Part shown: in pieces, positions 8,460 to 19,218 of the stretch
Position numbering within the stretch: position 1 is the stretch's first letter
How the letters are laid out: every line of letters begins with the position of its first letter
Assembly (NCBI GenBank): GCA_965248055.1
Contig: CBDFIJ010000004.1
Span: 1,760,001-1,824,000, forward strand
Direction of reading: 5' to 3'
Length of the DNA: 64,000 nt
From: Candidatus Multivoradales bacterium
GTDB lineage: Bacteria; Acidobacteriota; Thermoanaerobaculia; Multivoradales; JAHEKO01
Program-made: the position numbers and the translations under genes
The notes under the pieces: model-generated
The model's database searches: none
What the model was told of the DNA's origin: nothing
What the model saw: only the letters and a program-made list of their open reading frames with translations

Positions 8460-9518
8460 GTGGCCTATCTATCGATACAAAACGTATCCAAGCACTTCGA
8501 CCAACCGGTCTTGCAAGATGTTTCTCTGGAGATCGAAAAAGGGGAAGTCGTTGCTCTCTTAGGACCCAGCGGCAGCGGTAAGACCACGTTATTGAGAATT
8601 GTCGCTGGCTTTGAGACCCCGGACCAGGGCTCGATCATCGTCGATAACCAGGACATCACCGCCCAGACTCCAGCCAGTCGTCGCTGTGGCATGGTGTTTC
8701 AGCACTACGCGCTGTTCCCGCATCTAAGCGTCGGCGAGAACGTCGCTTTTGGTTTGGCCGGCAGATCCCGCTCAGAAGTCGACACCCGGGTCGAAGAGAT
8801 GCTTCAGGTGGTCGGACTGGATGGCCTTGCGGCGCGTGGGGTCGACCAGATCTCGGGAGGTCAACAGCAGAGAGTGGCGCTAGCTCGTGCCTTGGCGCCC
8901 TCGCCGCGAGTGCTACTACTGGATGAGCCGCTCTCCAACTTGGACCCTGAGCTGCGCGAACGAACCCGTAGACAACTGCGCGAGATCGTACGCGCCACCG
9001 GAATCACCACCCTGATCGTGACCCACGAACAGGAGGAGGCATTCCATATTGCCGATCGCACAGCGGTGCTCGGCACCGGTCGATTGCGGCAGATCGGTCG
9101 CGCCGAAGAGCTTTACTACCAGCCTGCTGACCGCTTTGTCGCCCGATTCGTTGGCCGTGGATCGGAAGTGCCTGCTACGCCGGACAAAAACTCACCGAGT
9201 GGTTGGGCTCTGGGCTGGCAGCCATCGGTGATGCCGACCACGGTGCGCATCCTCGATGCACAGACACCAAACCGAGCCTGGATTCGACCTGAGTCTTTGG
9301 CGATAGGTCCGATAGGCGCAAAGGGCTGGGGAGGCATGGTGGTTGAGATCCGTTGGCACCCCAGGTCTACGGTAGTCACCGTCGAGTTGAGCACGGGCGC
9401 TGAAATAGAAGCGGCCGCTGAATCTCGCTTGGCCGAAAGCTTGTCGCTGGGCGACAAAGTCAGCGTCAATTGGCGGGCACAAGGCCCCGAGGCGCTGCTG
9501 TTCGAGGTCGATTCTTGA
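8460..9518 (+). CDS. ABC transporter ATP-binding protein (FbpC/PotA-like)
   Basis: Walker A GPSGSGKT, ISGGQQQRVALARAL, LLLDEP, VFQHYALFPH. Confidence 0.95.
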   Translation: MAYLSIQNVSKHFDQPVLQDVSLEIEKGEVVALLGPSGSGKTTLLRIVAGFETPDQGSIIVDNQDITAQTPASRRCGMVFQHYALFPHLSVGENVAFGLAGRSRSEVDTRVEEMLQVVGLDGLAARGVDQISGGQQQRVALARALAPSPRVLLLDEPLSNLDPELRERTRRQLREIVRATGITTLIVTHEQEEAFHIADRTAVLGTGRLRQIGRAEELYYQPADRFVARFVGRGSEVPATPDKNSPSGWALGWQPSVMPTTVRILDAQTPNRAWIRPESLAIGPIGAKGWGGMVVEIRWHPRSTVVTVELSTGAEIEAAAESRLAESLSLGDKVSVNWRAQGPEALLFEVDS

Positions 9519-11188
9519 TCGCACCCCTGCGTCGTGTCCCATGGCCAGGGCTGTTGTTGGCCGGATTCCTGTTGTGGCTGGTCGGTTATCCAATCCTGGT
9601 CACGCTAGGAGAGGCGCTCGGTTGGGGTGGCGGTAGTTCGGGAAGGTTTAGCGAATTCCTGCATCGACCCGACGAGCGTTTGGCGCTTTGGCGAAGTCTT
9701 TGGATTGCTGGAGCCAGCGTCGGGCTGTCAGCGGTGGTTGGTATCCCGTTGGCATTTCTCTTCACCCGGGCGTCCTTTCCCGGACGCACCTGGTTGGCGG
9801 GATTGGTGCCTTTGCCGATCGCTCTGCCTCCACTGGTGGGCACGGTGGCGCTGTACTTCTTGTGCGGAGAGAGCGGAATCGTCGCCAACTGGATTCGATC
9901 CCTAGCGGGAATGACCCACGCACCATGGACATTTGAGGGCCCGAGGGCCATTTTGTTGGTCCATACGTATTCCATGTTCGTGTACTTCTATCTCTTTGTC
10001 CGCTCAGCGTTGTTGGGCATGGATCCGTCTCAAGAAGAAGCCGCTGCAAGCCTAGGCGCCGGTCGGGTGCGGACTTGGCTGCGGGTGGTGTTGCCACAAC
10101 TGGCGGCTCCGATCGGGGCCGCAGCCTTGTTGACCTTTATGACTTCCCTGGCGTCCTTTTCCGCCCCCTACCTTTTTGGCGGCACCTTTCGCGTCATGAC
10201 CACACAGATCGTCACCTCGAAGCTCAACGGGGATCTGCAGATGGCACAGGTGGAAACCGCAGTCTTGGCGATGCTGGCGCTGGCTGGCTTGATTTTGTCG
10301 TTGCGGTGGACCGCGCGATCGGTGTCCTCGGGGCACGGCGTAGCCCCTCGACGGGTGAGGACTTCCAGCGGATGGAAACGTTGGGGGTTGGCATTCGTAG
10401 GTTGGGGAGTGACTTTGCTGCTGCTTACCCCTCACTTGACCCTGTTGCGCATCGCCCTATCCGGCAATGGCCCTTCGTTGCAGCCCGGTTGGTCGCTGCA
10501 GAACCTGGTTCGCTTGGCCAGCGGTGGCGAGATCTTGCGACCGATGAGCAACTCGCTGTGGATGGCAACGGTGGCGACGATCTTCGCAGTGTTGATTGGG
10601 TTCACTACCGCACGGGTCGCCCTCGCACACAACCAGAAACGCCCACACCAATCGACGATCTTGGGCAAGGCTCTGGAGTTTCTAATTTCGGTACCTTGGG
10701 CAATCCCCGGCACGGTGCTGGCCCTGGCGTTGATTACCACTTTCAGCGTCGATCGGCCGTTGGCAGGGCGAGCGGTGTTGGTGGGAACCGCCGTAATTCT
10801 GCCTTTGGCCTACCTGCTGCGCGGGCTACCTTTGGTTGGGCAAGCGGTCTTCGCCGGCCTCAAGCAGATGGACCCAGCACTTGAAGAAGCGGCAGCGAGT
10901 CTCGGTGCTGGTCGCTTTCGGCGTCTATGGGCGGTGGTGGTGCCGATCGTTCGCCCCTCTCTGTTGGCCGGTGCAGCGTTGGCTTTCTTAACTGCGCTGG
11001 GAGATTTCGTCACTTCGATCGTGCTCTACACCTATTCCACCCGTCCCACTGCGGTCGAGATCTGGTCAGCGTTGCGCACCAAAGATGTCGGCTTGGCAGC
11101 TGCTTACGGTGTCGTGCTGATGGTCATCTCGATAGTAGTCTTCATGTTCTGGGGACGTGAGCGGCACAGCGTTCGGGAGACCGCCTGA
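9515..11188 (+). CDS. ABC transporter permease, fused double domain (FbpB-like)
   Basis: Two EEAAASLGA loops; TTG start overlapping the upstream TGA. Confidence 0.92.
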   Translation: MIAPLRRVPWPGLLLAGFLLWLVGYPILVTLGEALGWGGGSSGRFSEFLHRPDERLALWRSLWIAGASVGLSAVVGIPLAFLFTRASFPGRTWLAGLVPLPIALPPLVGTVALYFLCGESGIVANWIRSLAGMTHAPWTFEGPRAILLVHTYSMFVYFYLFVRSALLGMDPSQEEAAASLGAGRVRTWLRVVLPQLAAPIGAAALLTFMTSLASFSAPYLFGGTFRVMTTQIVTSKLNGDLQMAQVETAVLAMLALAGLILSLRWTARSVSSGHGVAPRRVRTSSGWKRWGLAFVGWGVTLLLLTPHLTLLRIALSGNGPSLQPGWSLQNLVRLASGGEILRPMSNSLWMATVATIFAVLIGFTTARVALAHNQKRPHQSTILGKALEFLISVPWAIPGTVLALALITTFSVDRPLAGRAVLVGTAVILPLAYLLRGLPLVGQAVFAGLKQMDPALEEAAASLGAGRFRRLWAVVVPIVRPSLLAGAALAFLTALGDFVTSIVLYTYSTRPTAVEIWSALRTKDVGLAAAYGVVLMVISIVVFMFWGRERHSVRETA

Positions 11189-12390
11189 TGACGCGCGCCG
11201 AACGCCGCAGCCTAGCGGCGCTGATGCCGATCAGCTTTGTCGACATGATCGGATTCTCGATGTTGCTGCCGTTGATCCCGTTCTATGCCGAAGAATTCGG
11301 CGCTAGCTATTGGTTGATCGGTGTCTTGGTCGCCACCTACGCCTTGGCTGAACTCCTCACTGCTCCGTTCTGGGGTCGGGCCTCCGATCGCTTGGGGCGA
11401 CGAAGACTCATCTTGATCGGAATTTCGGTCTCGGCCGCATCCTACGTGCTGTTCGGTTTGGCCAGCTCGGTGGTGGTGTTGTTTGTTTCGCGATTTGTTC
11501 AAGGAGTCGGGGGAGGAAAGGTCTCAGCGGTTCAAGCTTATGTCGCCGATTCGGTGCGCCCCGAGGTGCGAGCCCAAGCACTCGGCTGGCACACTGCTGC
11601 CACCAGCGCGGGAGTGATCATCGGTCCGGCTGTGGGGTCGTGGATGGCGAGTTACGATCGCTCGGCACCGGGCTTATTTGCAGCCGCACTGTGTCTAACG
11701 AATCTGTGGGCAGCCTGGAAGTGGCTACCGGAATCCAAACAAACGCGGTCGTCCAAGAAAAATGCGGTCTTGCCAGCCTGTATGCGGGTGCTGACTCATC
11801 CTCTGCACCCAGTGTGTACTCCGATCATCGTCTACGCGCTCGGGATGATGGCATTCATGGCCATGAACACCATGTTCGCTCTCTACTTGGGGCAACGGTT
11901 CGGAGTCACCAAAATCACCATTTGGCCCTTCTACACCTACGTAGCCTCGATCACCATGCTCTGCCGGCTGTTCGTTATCGGGCCGATCGTTCGACGCTTT
12001 GGTGAAATTCGCACCCTTCGGCTCGGAGCGGGGTTCTTGGCCCTCGGGTACCTGTTGATTCCATTATCTTTTGACGTTTGGTCTTTTGCTCTTGCCATCT
12101 TGTGGATCCCCGTCGGCACCGCTCTGTTGTTTCCCACCACCACCGCCTTGGTCAGTCGGCGGGTTGAGGAGCATGAGTTGGGAGCTACTCTGGGGGTGCA
12201 GCAAGCCTATGGCGGGGTCGCACGCTTGATTGGCCCGCTATGGTCTGGCCTGGCCTTTCAACAGCTTGGTGTGGATGCCCCGATGTGGATCGCCGGCGCG
12301 GTCATGTTGGTTGCTTTCGCTGTCTCTTTCACCATTCACCGGGGCGAGGGTCAGAACTCGATCCTCAACCCGATCCCTACCAGTAATTGA
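11188..12390 (+). CDS. MFS transporter (DHA1/TetA-like)
   Basis: Motif A GRASDRLGRR; DMIGFSMLLPLIP; about 12 TM segments. Confidence 0.92.
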   Translation: MTRAERRSLAALMPISFVDMIGFSMLLPLIPFYAEEFGASYWLIGVLVATYALAELLTAPFWGRASDRLGRRRLILIGISVSAASYVLFGLASSVVVLFVSRFVQGVGGGKVSAVQAYVADSVRPEVRAQALGWHTAATSAGVIIGPAVGSWMASYDRSAPGLFAAALCLTNLWAAWKWLPESKQTRSSKKNAVLPACMRVLTHPLHPVCTPIIVYALGMMAFMAMNTMFALYLGQRFGVTKITIWPFYTYVASITMLCRLFVIGPIVRRFGEIRTLRLGAGFLALGYLLIPLSFDVWSFALAILWIPVGTALLFPTTTALVSRRVEEHELGATLGVQQAYGGVARLIGPLWSGLAFQQLGVDAPMWIAGAVMLVAFAVSFTIHRGEGQNSILNPIPTSN

Positions 12391-12429
12391 TCTAACACTG
12401 CGATTTTGCCTCTCCAGAAGAGGTTTGCC

Positions 12430-12457
12430 TTGTGCTATATAAGTATTTATATATAAT
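12430..12457 (+). promoter_or_regulatory. Putative promoter with overlapping palindromic PadR-type operator
   Basis: TTGTGC-16 bp-TATAAT; near-perfect palindrome TATATAAGTATTTATATA at 12436-12453. Confidence 0.5.
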
Positions 12458-12467
12458 AACTGACACT

Positions 12468-13040
12468 ATGGCGCTCGAACACATCCTGCTCGGCCTACTC
12501 CGCCAGCCTGCCAGTGGCTATGATCTGAAGAAAACCTTCGACGGCAGCGTTCGCCACTTCTGGCCAGCGAACCTGAGCCAGATCTACCCAACCTTGAAAC
12601 GCCTTGAGGCCGAGGGGTTGCTAACCAGCCGCATGGGGCCCTCAGAACGAGGCCCACAACGCAAGATCTACGCACTAACTCCGTCTGGACGAGAAAGGCT
12701 GCATCAGTGGCTGCTGTCCGGGCCGGAGGTGGGTACCGAAAGGTTTGGTTATCTAGCCCAGTTGTTCGTCATGGACGACCTCGCCGACGAGCAACAAACG
12801 CTCGACTTCATGCGGCAACTGCAACGCCACATGGTGCAGTGGTTACAGCACTTAGAGCAGCAAGAAAAAAAGGCTGGCGCCAAAGGAACCTGGCTCAATG
12901 CACCCAGCAAGTCGTTCCACCGATATGCCGGGCTGCGCATGGGAGTTCACTCTTTGCGCGCCAAGGTTGCGTGGTGCAACGAAACCGTCGACCGCCTAGA
13001 GCAACGCCTAGCTCTGATCGCCGAGGAGGCAACAAAATGA
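12468..13040 (+). CDS. PadR-family transcriptional regulator
   Basis: LEHILLGLL...SGYDLKK...SQIYPTLKRLE...RKIYALTPSGR. Confidence 0.93.
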   Translation: MALEHILLGLLRQPASGYDLKKTFDGSVRHFWPANLSQIYPTLKRLEAEGLLTSRMGPSERGPQRKIYALTPSGRERLHQWLLSGPEVGTERFGYLAQLFVMDDLADEQQTLDFMRQLQRHMVQWLQHLEQQEKKAGAKGTWLNAPSKSFHRYAGLRMGVHSLRAKVAWCNETVDRLEQRLALIAEEATK

Positions 13041-13789
13041 TGGATATCCTTCATACTGCAATTCGCTTCATCCATATCGGACTTGGATTCGTCGGGTTGG
13101 TGGTCTTCTGGTTTCCGGTGATCGCCAAAAAGGGCGGCAAGTTTCACGTGTCGGCTGGCAAAGTATTCGTGGTCTGCGCCTACGGAGTCACTGTTTCGGC
13201 GTTCTTTTCCAGCATCTACTACTTAGCCGATCTGATCTCTCACGGGGTCGCGGTCAGCGACGACCCCAACTACTCCTTTCTGGTCTTTCTCGCCTACTTG
13301 TCGATCGTCACCTTCACTTCGGTGCGCCACGGGGTTGTGGTCTCCCAGACCAAAAAAGACCGGAGTAAGGCAAATACCGTGTTTCACCGTACTCTTGCTT
13401 GGCTATCGTTTCTAGGGAGCGCCACCGTGATTCTGTTCGCCGTCGTTTTCTGGAACTCTTTGTCAATTATTCTTCTGGCTTTGAGCCCCATCGGGCTCGG
13501 CAATGGTCGGGGCATTTTGCGCTATCTCAGTACTCGCCCGATGATCAGGAGAGCTTGGTTCTATGAACACATGAGCGCGATGATCGGATCAGGGATCGCT
13601 TTCCACACGGCGTTTTTCGTCTTTGGTGGTCGTAATTTGTTCGGCGTCCACTCGACCGGAATTTGGGGCATGGTGCCCTGGGTGCTGCCGGCGGCAATCG
13701 GTATCCCAGCGTCCATCCTGTGGGACCGCTACTACCGCAAGGAGTTCGGCGATCCAAAGCGGTCGGATCAAGTCCCCGCTATTACTTGA
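13037..13789 (+). CDS. Membrane protein (DUF2306-like)
   Basis: HIGLG...KKGGKFHVSAGKVF...WFYEHMSAMIGSGIAFHTAF; GAGGAGG RBS and ATGA overlap with padR. Confidence 0.75.
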   Translation: MMDILHTAIRFIHIGLGFVGLVVFWFPVIAKKGGKFHVSAGKVFVVCAYGVTVSAFFSSIYYLADLISHGVAVSDDPNYSFLVFLAYLSIVTFTSVRHGVVVSQTKKDRSKANTVFHRTLAWLSFLGSATVILFAVVFWNSLSIILLALSPIGLGNGRGILRYLSTRPMIRRAWFYEHMSAMIGSGIAFHTAFFVFGGRNLFGVHSTGIWGMVPWVLPAAIGIPASILWDRYYRKEFGDPKRSDQVPAIT

Positions 13790-13834
13790 GTAAGTAGCAG
13801 CTAGCAGGCGGTCAACTGATGGAGAGACAAGACG

Positions 13835-14671
13835 ATGAGAATTAGCAAGACCACAGCGGTCGTAACGGGAGCTTCTGCGGGGATTGGTCGTGCGGTGGCT
13901 CTTTGCCTCGCAAAGCGAGGGGCAAAGGTTGCACTTGTCGCTAGACGAGAGCCTGTCCTACAGGAACTTGTCGGGCAGATCGAGGAGCAAGGCGGCAAAG
14001 CCCTCGCTGTTGCGTGTGATGTTGCGGCTGCGGAGCAAGTCAAAGGCGCATACCAGGTAATTCGAGACACCTTTGGTCCACCGGACATCTTGGTCAATGC
14101 TGCGGGGGTTGGGATCTGGAAGCCGTTCGCAGACGTTTCCGAAGCCGAGCATCAGGAAATGATGGCCGTCAACTATTGGGGTACATTCCATTGGATACGC
14201 CAAGCCTTGCCGGATATGCGTTCCCAACAACGAGGGCGAATTGTGAATATCGCCGCTGGTTCAGGGCTCTTCGCATTGGCTGTCACCAGTGGCTACAGTG
14301 CCTCCAAGTTTGCTGTCGTCGGCTTGTCCCAGGCGCTCCACCGTGAGCTCATCGGCACCGGAGTCGGCGTCTCAGTGGTTTGCCCAGGATCGGTCAAAAC
14401 TCCATTCTGGAACGAGCGGGACACCCCAACGAAACTAATACCGCCCTTGGTCCGCTATTCGCCAAAATTGTCGCCTGCTTCTGTGGCTCGAACTGTTCTC
14501 GGATGCATTTGGCTTGGGTTTCCGGTCCGCACCGTGCCGATCTTCGTGAACCTTCTCGCCAAGCTCAACGGACTCTGGTTTCGTCTTGGTGATCTCTTCC
14601 TCTGGCGATGGTTCGTCCCTACTTTGTTAGCGCTGATCCTAATTCGGGTCCTCGCCGGATTGTGGAGTTAG
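13835..14671 (+). CDS. SDR-family oxidoreductase
   Basis: TGASAGIG, LVNAAG, YSASK. Confidence 0.93.
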   Translation: MRISKTTAVVTGASAGIGRAVALCLAKRGAKVALVARREPVLQELVGQIEEQGGKALAVACDVAAAEQVKGAYQVIRDTFGPPDILVNAAGVGIWKPFADVSEAEHQEMMAVNYWGTFHWIRQALPDMRSQQRGRIVNIAAGSGLFALAVTSGYSASKFAVVGLSQALHRELIGTGVGVSVVCPGSVKTPFWNERDTPTKLIPPLVRYSPKLSPASVARTVLGCIWLGFPVRTVPIFVNLLAKLNGLWFRLGDLFLWRWFVPTLLALILIRVLAGLWS

Positions 14672-14677
14672 ATAGCC

Positions 14678-15154
14678 GTGGCATACAAAATTTGGCTGTT
14701 CACCCATATCGTAGGAGTCATCGCCTTTCTGGGAACTTTCCTGTTGGCGTTTGTCGCCAAGGCGACGGCCGAGCGCTCAGGCCAACCTGTACTTATCGCC
14801 TTCGCCTTCAAGATGATGAACTGGAGCGACCGTAGAATCATGCCATGGACCGTTGTTCTTATTGTGACAAGCGGTGTGAAACTGGCAATGATGGCTGGGC
14901 TACCGATGCTACGAACCGGCTGGATATTCTGGGCGATTGTGGCGTTCAGTGCGTCTGGATTGCTGTTTCTTTTGGTAGCACCTCTCCAGAATCGAATCGA
15001 GCACCATGCCCAGTCGCATTCAGCTGAATCGTTTAATTGGAGCAGCTATTGGTCACAAGCTTACCGATGGAATCTGTGGGCTGCGCTCGCACTTTGTGCA
15101 ACTCTAGGGGCTCTTGCTTTGATGGTTTTCAAGCCAGCACTATCTAGCTTATAG
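14678..15154 (+). CDS. Membrane protein (DUF2269-like)
   Basis: LFTHIVGVIAFLG...TGWIFWAI...LALMVFKP. Confidence 0.75.
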   Translation: MAYKIWLFTHIVGVIAFLGTFLLAFVAKATAERSGQPVLIAFAFKMMNWSDRRIMPWTVVLIVTSGVKLAMMAGLPMLRTGWIFWAIVAFSASGLLFLLVAPLQNRIEHHAQSHSAESFNWSSYWSQAYRWNLWAALALCATLGALALMVFKPALSSL

Positions 15155-15168
15155 TTGACAAATTCTCG

Positions 15169-15192
15169 TATTAATCTGACGGCAGATTAATA
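15169..15192. repeat. Perfect 10-bp inverted repeat (terminator or operator)
   Basis: TATTAATCTG-ACGG-CAGATTAATA, 14 bp after the stop of the upstream gene. Confidence 0.55.
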
Positions 15193-15386
15193 ATTCCTCG
15201 AACCTGAGTTGTTGAAGCGCGTGGGATCGTCGAGAACACATCAACGCGACAAAATCCGATCTTGCCGAAAGGTCACCTCGCGGAGACCTAAAATATCTAC
15301 TCCCTCCGGTGCGATAGGCTCAGCCAGACGTGCCTAAGACTGGCAGCAATTATCGGTCGGGGCCGCTTTTCTGATCAGGGGGTTTC

Positions 15387-18086
15387 ATGGATTCGTTTGA
15401 TAGTCACAGCACACTCCAAGCCGGCGGACAGAGCGTCCGCATTGCCCGATTGTCCGCACTCGCCGCAGCCGGACATGACCTCGACCGACTGCCGTTCAGT
15501 CTGAAGATTCTGCTGGAAAATTTACTACGACGAGAAGACGGCAAGATCGTTCCCGCAGCCGATATCGAGGCTCTCTTGGCCTGGGATTCCAAGGCCGAAC
15601 CGGCCACCGAAATTGCTTTCATGCCAGCACGCGTGTTGCTGCAAGACTTTACCGGGGTTCCGGCAATCGTCGACCTCGCTGCGCTACGCGACGCGATGCA
15701 CGAACTGGGTGGTGACCCCAAAAAGATCAACCCTCTACAGCCGGCAGAGCTGGTGATCGACCACTCAGTACAGGTAGACGAGTACGGTTCTGACGCGGCC
15801 TTCCTGCTCAACGTCGAGCGGGAATTCCAACGCAATGGCGAGCGCTACGCGTTCTTACGTTGGGGGCAATCTTCGTTTGACAACTTCAGAGTGGTACCTC
15901 CCGGCACCGGGATTGTTCACCAGATCAATATTGAATACCTAGCGCGGGTGATCATGACCGGAGAGGGTGACACCCCGTGGGCCTATCCCGACACCCTAGT
16001 CGGCACTGACTCCCACACCACCATGGTCAATGGCTTGGGAGTGCTGGGTTGGGGAGTTGGTGGCATTGAGGCCGAAGCCGCAATGTTGGGCCAACCGGTG
16101 AGCATGCTAATTCCCCAAGTGGTCGGTTTTCGCTTGGTCGGGGAGCTGGCCGAAGGAGCCACCGCTACCGACCTAGTATTGACGGTTACCGAGATGCTGC
16201 GCGCCCACGGGGTGGTTGGCAAGTTCGTCGAGTATTTTGGGCCTGGCTTGGCCGGACTGCCACTTGCGGATCGGGCCACCATCGCCAACATGGCGCCCGA
16301 ATACGGCGCAACCTGCGGCATCTTCCCGATCGACAACGCGACCTTGGACTACCTCCGGCTTACCGGCCGCAGTCAATGCCAAATCGAGTTGGTCGAGGCC
16401 TACGCTCGGGAGCAGGGCATGTTTCACACTGCAGACACTCCCGAAGCGGAGTACTCCGACACTATGGAGCTGGATCTATCCACGGTACAACCCAGCTTGG
16501 CGGGGCCCAAACGGCCACAAGATCGGATCGCTCTGGGAGACGTCAAAGACTCGTTCCTGGCTGGCATCGACAAGCTAGTCCCTCCGGGTCGCGACGTTCA
16601 GGTGGACGACATCTCCGCCTCTCTCGATGGTCAGGATTTCTCTCTCAACGACGGCTCGTTGGTGATCGCAGCCATCACCAGTTGCACCAACACCTCCAAT
16701 CCTTCAGTGATGGTAGGCGCCGGCCTCTTGGCCAAGAACGCCGTCGCCCGCGGTTTGACCCGCAAACCCTGGGTCAAGACTTCCTTGGCACCAGGATCTA
16801 AGGTGGTGACTCGCTATCTGGAGCGCGCCGGGTTGATGGAGCCGCTGGAGGCTTTGGGCTTTCATCTGGTTGGCTACGGTTGCACCACTTGTATCGGCAA
16901 CAGCGGCCCGCTGCCCGAGCCGATTCGTGAAGCGATCCATCAAGGCGATTTGGTCACCGCCGCGATTCTCTCGGGCAATCGCAATTTCGAAGGCCGCATC
17001 AGCCCAGATATTCGCGCCAACTATCTGGCTTCGCCGCCTCTTGTGGTGGCGTTCGCTCTTGCTGGCCGTATCGATGTCGACGTTTACAACGAACCCTTGG
17101 AAGTCGGCTCCGATGGTCAAGATGTCTACCTGCGAGACATTTGGCCCAGCCAATCCGAGATCGCCGCCACCGTCGCCGACGCAGTCCGCGGCGAAATGTT
17201 CAGCGAAGAGTACGCCGGAGTGTTCGACGGTGACGAGCAGTGGAACTCGCTGGAGATTCCTTCCGGGGACACCTATTCCTGGGCGCCAGACTCCACTTAC
17301 ATCAAACTGCCACCGTTCTTTCAAGGTATCGGCTTGGACCTGGAACCAACAGTCGATATCGAGGGCGCACGGTGCTTAGCGTTGCTCGGCAACTCGGTAA
17401 CCACCGATCACATTTCCCCGGCGGGGGCGATCAAGGTGGACAGCCCAGCGGGGCACTACCTGACCGAGCATGGTGTGAGTCCTCGCGACTTCAACTCCTA
17501 CGGCTCGCGGCGAGGTAACCATGAGGTGATGATGCGCGGCACCTTTGGCAATGTCCGACTGCGCAACCTACTAGTGCCTGGAGTTGAGGGCGGCTTCACT
17601 CGTTATCTGCCAACCAACGAATCGACCTCGATCTATGACGCAGCCATGCGCTATCAAGAAGATGGCACTCCGCTGGTGGTAATCGCTGGGACCGAATACG
17701 GCACCGGGTCGTCGCGCGATTGGGCAGCCAAAGGATCGGCATTGCTTGGCATCAAGGCGGTAATCACCGCGAGTTACGAACGCATCCATCGCTCCAACCT
17801 CATCGGCATGGGGGTCTTACCCCTCGAGTTCTTGGCCGGAGAGTCTGCGACCACCCACGGACTCACCGGAGAAGAGACGTTTGCCATTCAAGGTTTGGCG
17901 GCGATGATGAATCAAGAGTTTAAGAAAGGCACGCAGGTAACGGTCAGCGCCACCAACGCCGACGGTGAGACCAAAAGCTTTCCGGTCCAGGTTCGACTCG
18001 ACACCCCTCAGGAGGCCGAGTACTACCGCCACGGAGGCATCCTGACCTATGTGTTGCGCCATCTGGCTGCGGGTGAGCGGAGCTAA
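15387..18086 (+). CDS. acnA: Aconitate hydratase A
   Basis: [66 protein letters not shown]. Confidence 0.98.
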   Translation: MDSFDSHSTLQAGGQSVRIARLSALAAAGHDLDRLPFSLKILLENLLRREDGKIVPAADIEALLAWDSKAEPATEIAFMPARVLLQDFTGVPAIVDLAALRDAMHELGGDPKKINPLQPAELVIDHSVQVDEYGSDAAFLLNVEREFQRNGERYAFLRWGQSSFDNFRVVPPGTGIVHQINIEYLARVIMTGEGDTPWAYPDTLVGTDSHTTMVNGLGVLGWGVGGIEAEAAMLGQPVSMLIPQVVGFRLVGELAEGATATDLVLTVTEMLRAHGVVGKFVEYFGPGLAGLPLADRATIANMAPEYGATCGIFPIDNATLDYLRLTGRSQCQIELVEAYAREQGMFHTADTPEAEYSDTMELDLSTVQPSLAGPKRPQDRIALGDVKDSFLAGIDKLVPPGRDVQVDDISASLDGQDFSLNDGSLVIAAITSCTNTSNPSVMVGAGLLAKNAVARGLTRKPWVKTSLAPGSKVVTRYLERAGLMEPLEALGFHLVGYGCTTCIGNSGPLPEPIREAIHQGDLVTAAILSGNRNFEGRISPDIRANYLASPPLVVAFALAGRIDVDVYNEPLEVGSDGQDVYLRDIWPSQSEIAATVADAVRGEMFSEEYAGVFDGDEQWNSLEIPSGDTYSWAPDSTYIKLPPFFQGIGLDLEPTVDIEGARCLALLGNSVTTDHISPAGAIKVDSPAGHYLTEHGVSPRDFNSYGSRRGNHEVMMRGTFGNVRLRNLLVPGVEGGFTRYLPTNESTSIYDAAMRYQEDGTPLVVIAGTEYGTGSSRDWAAKGSALLGIKAVITASYERIHRSNLIGMGVLPLEFLAGESATTHGLTGEETFAIQGLAAMMNQEFKKGTQVTVSATNADGETKSFPVQVRLDTPQEAEYYRHGGILTYVLRHLAAGERS

Positions 18087-18225
18087 GACAAGCTGTGAGC
18101 AGGTCAGGCGCCAAGCGTGGGGCAGATTCGGCCCAGCCGCAAGCCGCGACCGAACTAGGCGTACTGGTTTGTACGTCGCAGGTCGGGAGCGGTGAGGACA
18201 GGCCGAGATTGCGTGCGATCGGCGT

Positions 18226-19218
18226 ATGAAGATCTTTCTCACCGGTGGTACCGGCTACATCGGCGGCTTGCTCGCCAAGCGGCTCCACGCGGACCAACAC
18301 CAGCTCTCATGTCTGGTGCGCGCCACCAGTCGACCCGAGACAGTCGCCGCACTTCGCGATCTAGGAGCTGAGATCCATATCGGAGACCTGGATGACCGCG
18401 AGTCGTTGCGGCCCGGCATGCGAGAGGCTGATTGGGTGGTTCACGCTGGAGCAGAGCTCAACCGCGACGGAGATATGGACCGAGCCAACGTCAACGGCTC
18501 CACTCATATCGCTTCACTGGCCGTCGAACTGGCAATCCCCCGCTTTTTCTCGGTCTCGTCGATAGCCTTTTGGGGTGGAAGCCCAGCGGATGGATCCCCA
18601 GGAAATGAAGACTCACCGGTTCAAGACTTTCCCACCGCCTATAGCGCGACCAAGAATGCCGGAGAGCTAGCGATTCGCGCCCACCAAGAGCGAGGACTCA
18701 ACGTGGTCAGCGTGCACCCAAGTCTGGTTTACGGGCCCCCGGGCAAGAAAAACGGCGCCAACTTTTTTCTCTACCAAATCGTCCACCAGAAACTCCCGGC
18801 GCTGATGGCCGCAGATCGCATCGTCAGTTGGATCTATATCGATGATGTGGTCGAAGCCATAGTGCGCATCATCGACCTAGACCTCACCGAGGGTCGCTAC
18901 CTACTCGCCGGCGAAGGCATCACACTCGCCGACACGGCAGCAAAACTCGGAGAGTTGGCCGGATCTAAAGTCCCCAAGGTTCATCTTTCGGTACCTACCG
19001 CAAAAGCCCTACTCCACATTGCCTCGCCCTTTTTTCGCCTAGCCGGCAAACGACTCCCTGTCGAACCCGTGCGACTCGACTACCTAGCCAAGCATTGGCA
19101 CTTCTCCGACGCCAAAGCTCAGCGAGACCTCAGCTGGTATCCCCGGGGGTTGGATCAAGGACTGCCGCCGACGGTGGAAATGTTGATGGCAAACGATCCC
19201 CGATTCGAGACTGTCTAG
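18226..19218 (+). CDS. NAD-dependent epimerase/dehydratase family protein
   Basis: TGGTGYIG, YSATK, VYGPP. Confidence 0.9.
   Translation: MKIFLTGGTGYIGGLLAKRLHADQHQLSCLVRATSRPETVAALRDLGAEIHIGDLDDRESLRPGMREADWVVHAGAELNRDGDMDRANVNGSTHIASLAVELAIPRFFSVSSIAFWGGSPADGSPGNEDSPVQDFPTAYSATKNAGELAIRAHQERGLNVVSVHPSLVYGPPGKKNGANFFLYQIVHQKLPALMAADRIVSWIYIDDVVEAIVRIIDLDLTEGRYLLAGEGITLADTAAKLGELAGSKVPKVHLSVPTAKALLHIASPFFRLAGKRLPVEPVRLDYLAKHWHFSDAKAQRDLSWYPRGLDQGLPPTVEMLMANDPRFETV

Noticed and set aside
12707-13036. Long N-terminal extensions in the ORF track (also for hslU, xerC, topA, the TPR gene and the PDE gene)
   Set aside because: They overlap upstream genes or lack family similarity; downstream starts have RBS or stop/start overlaps
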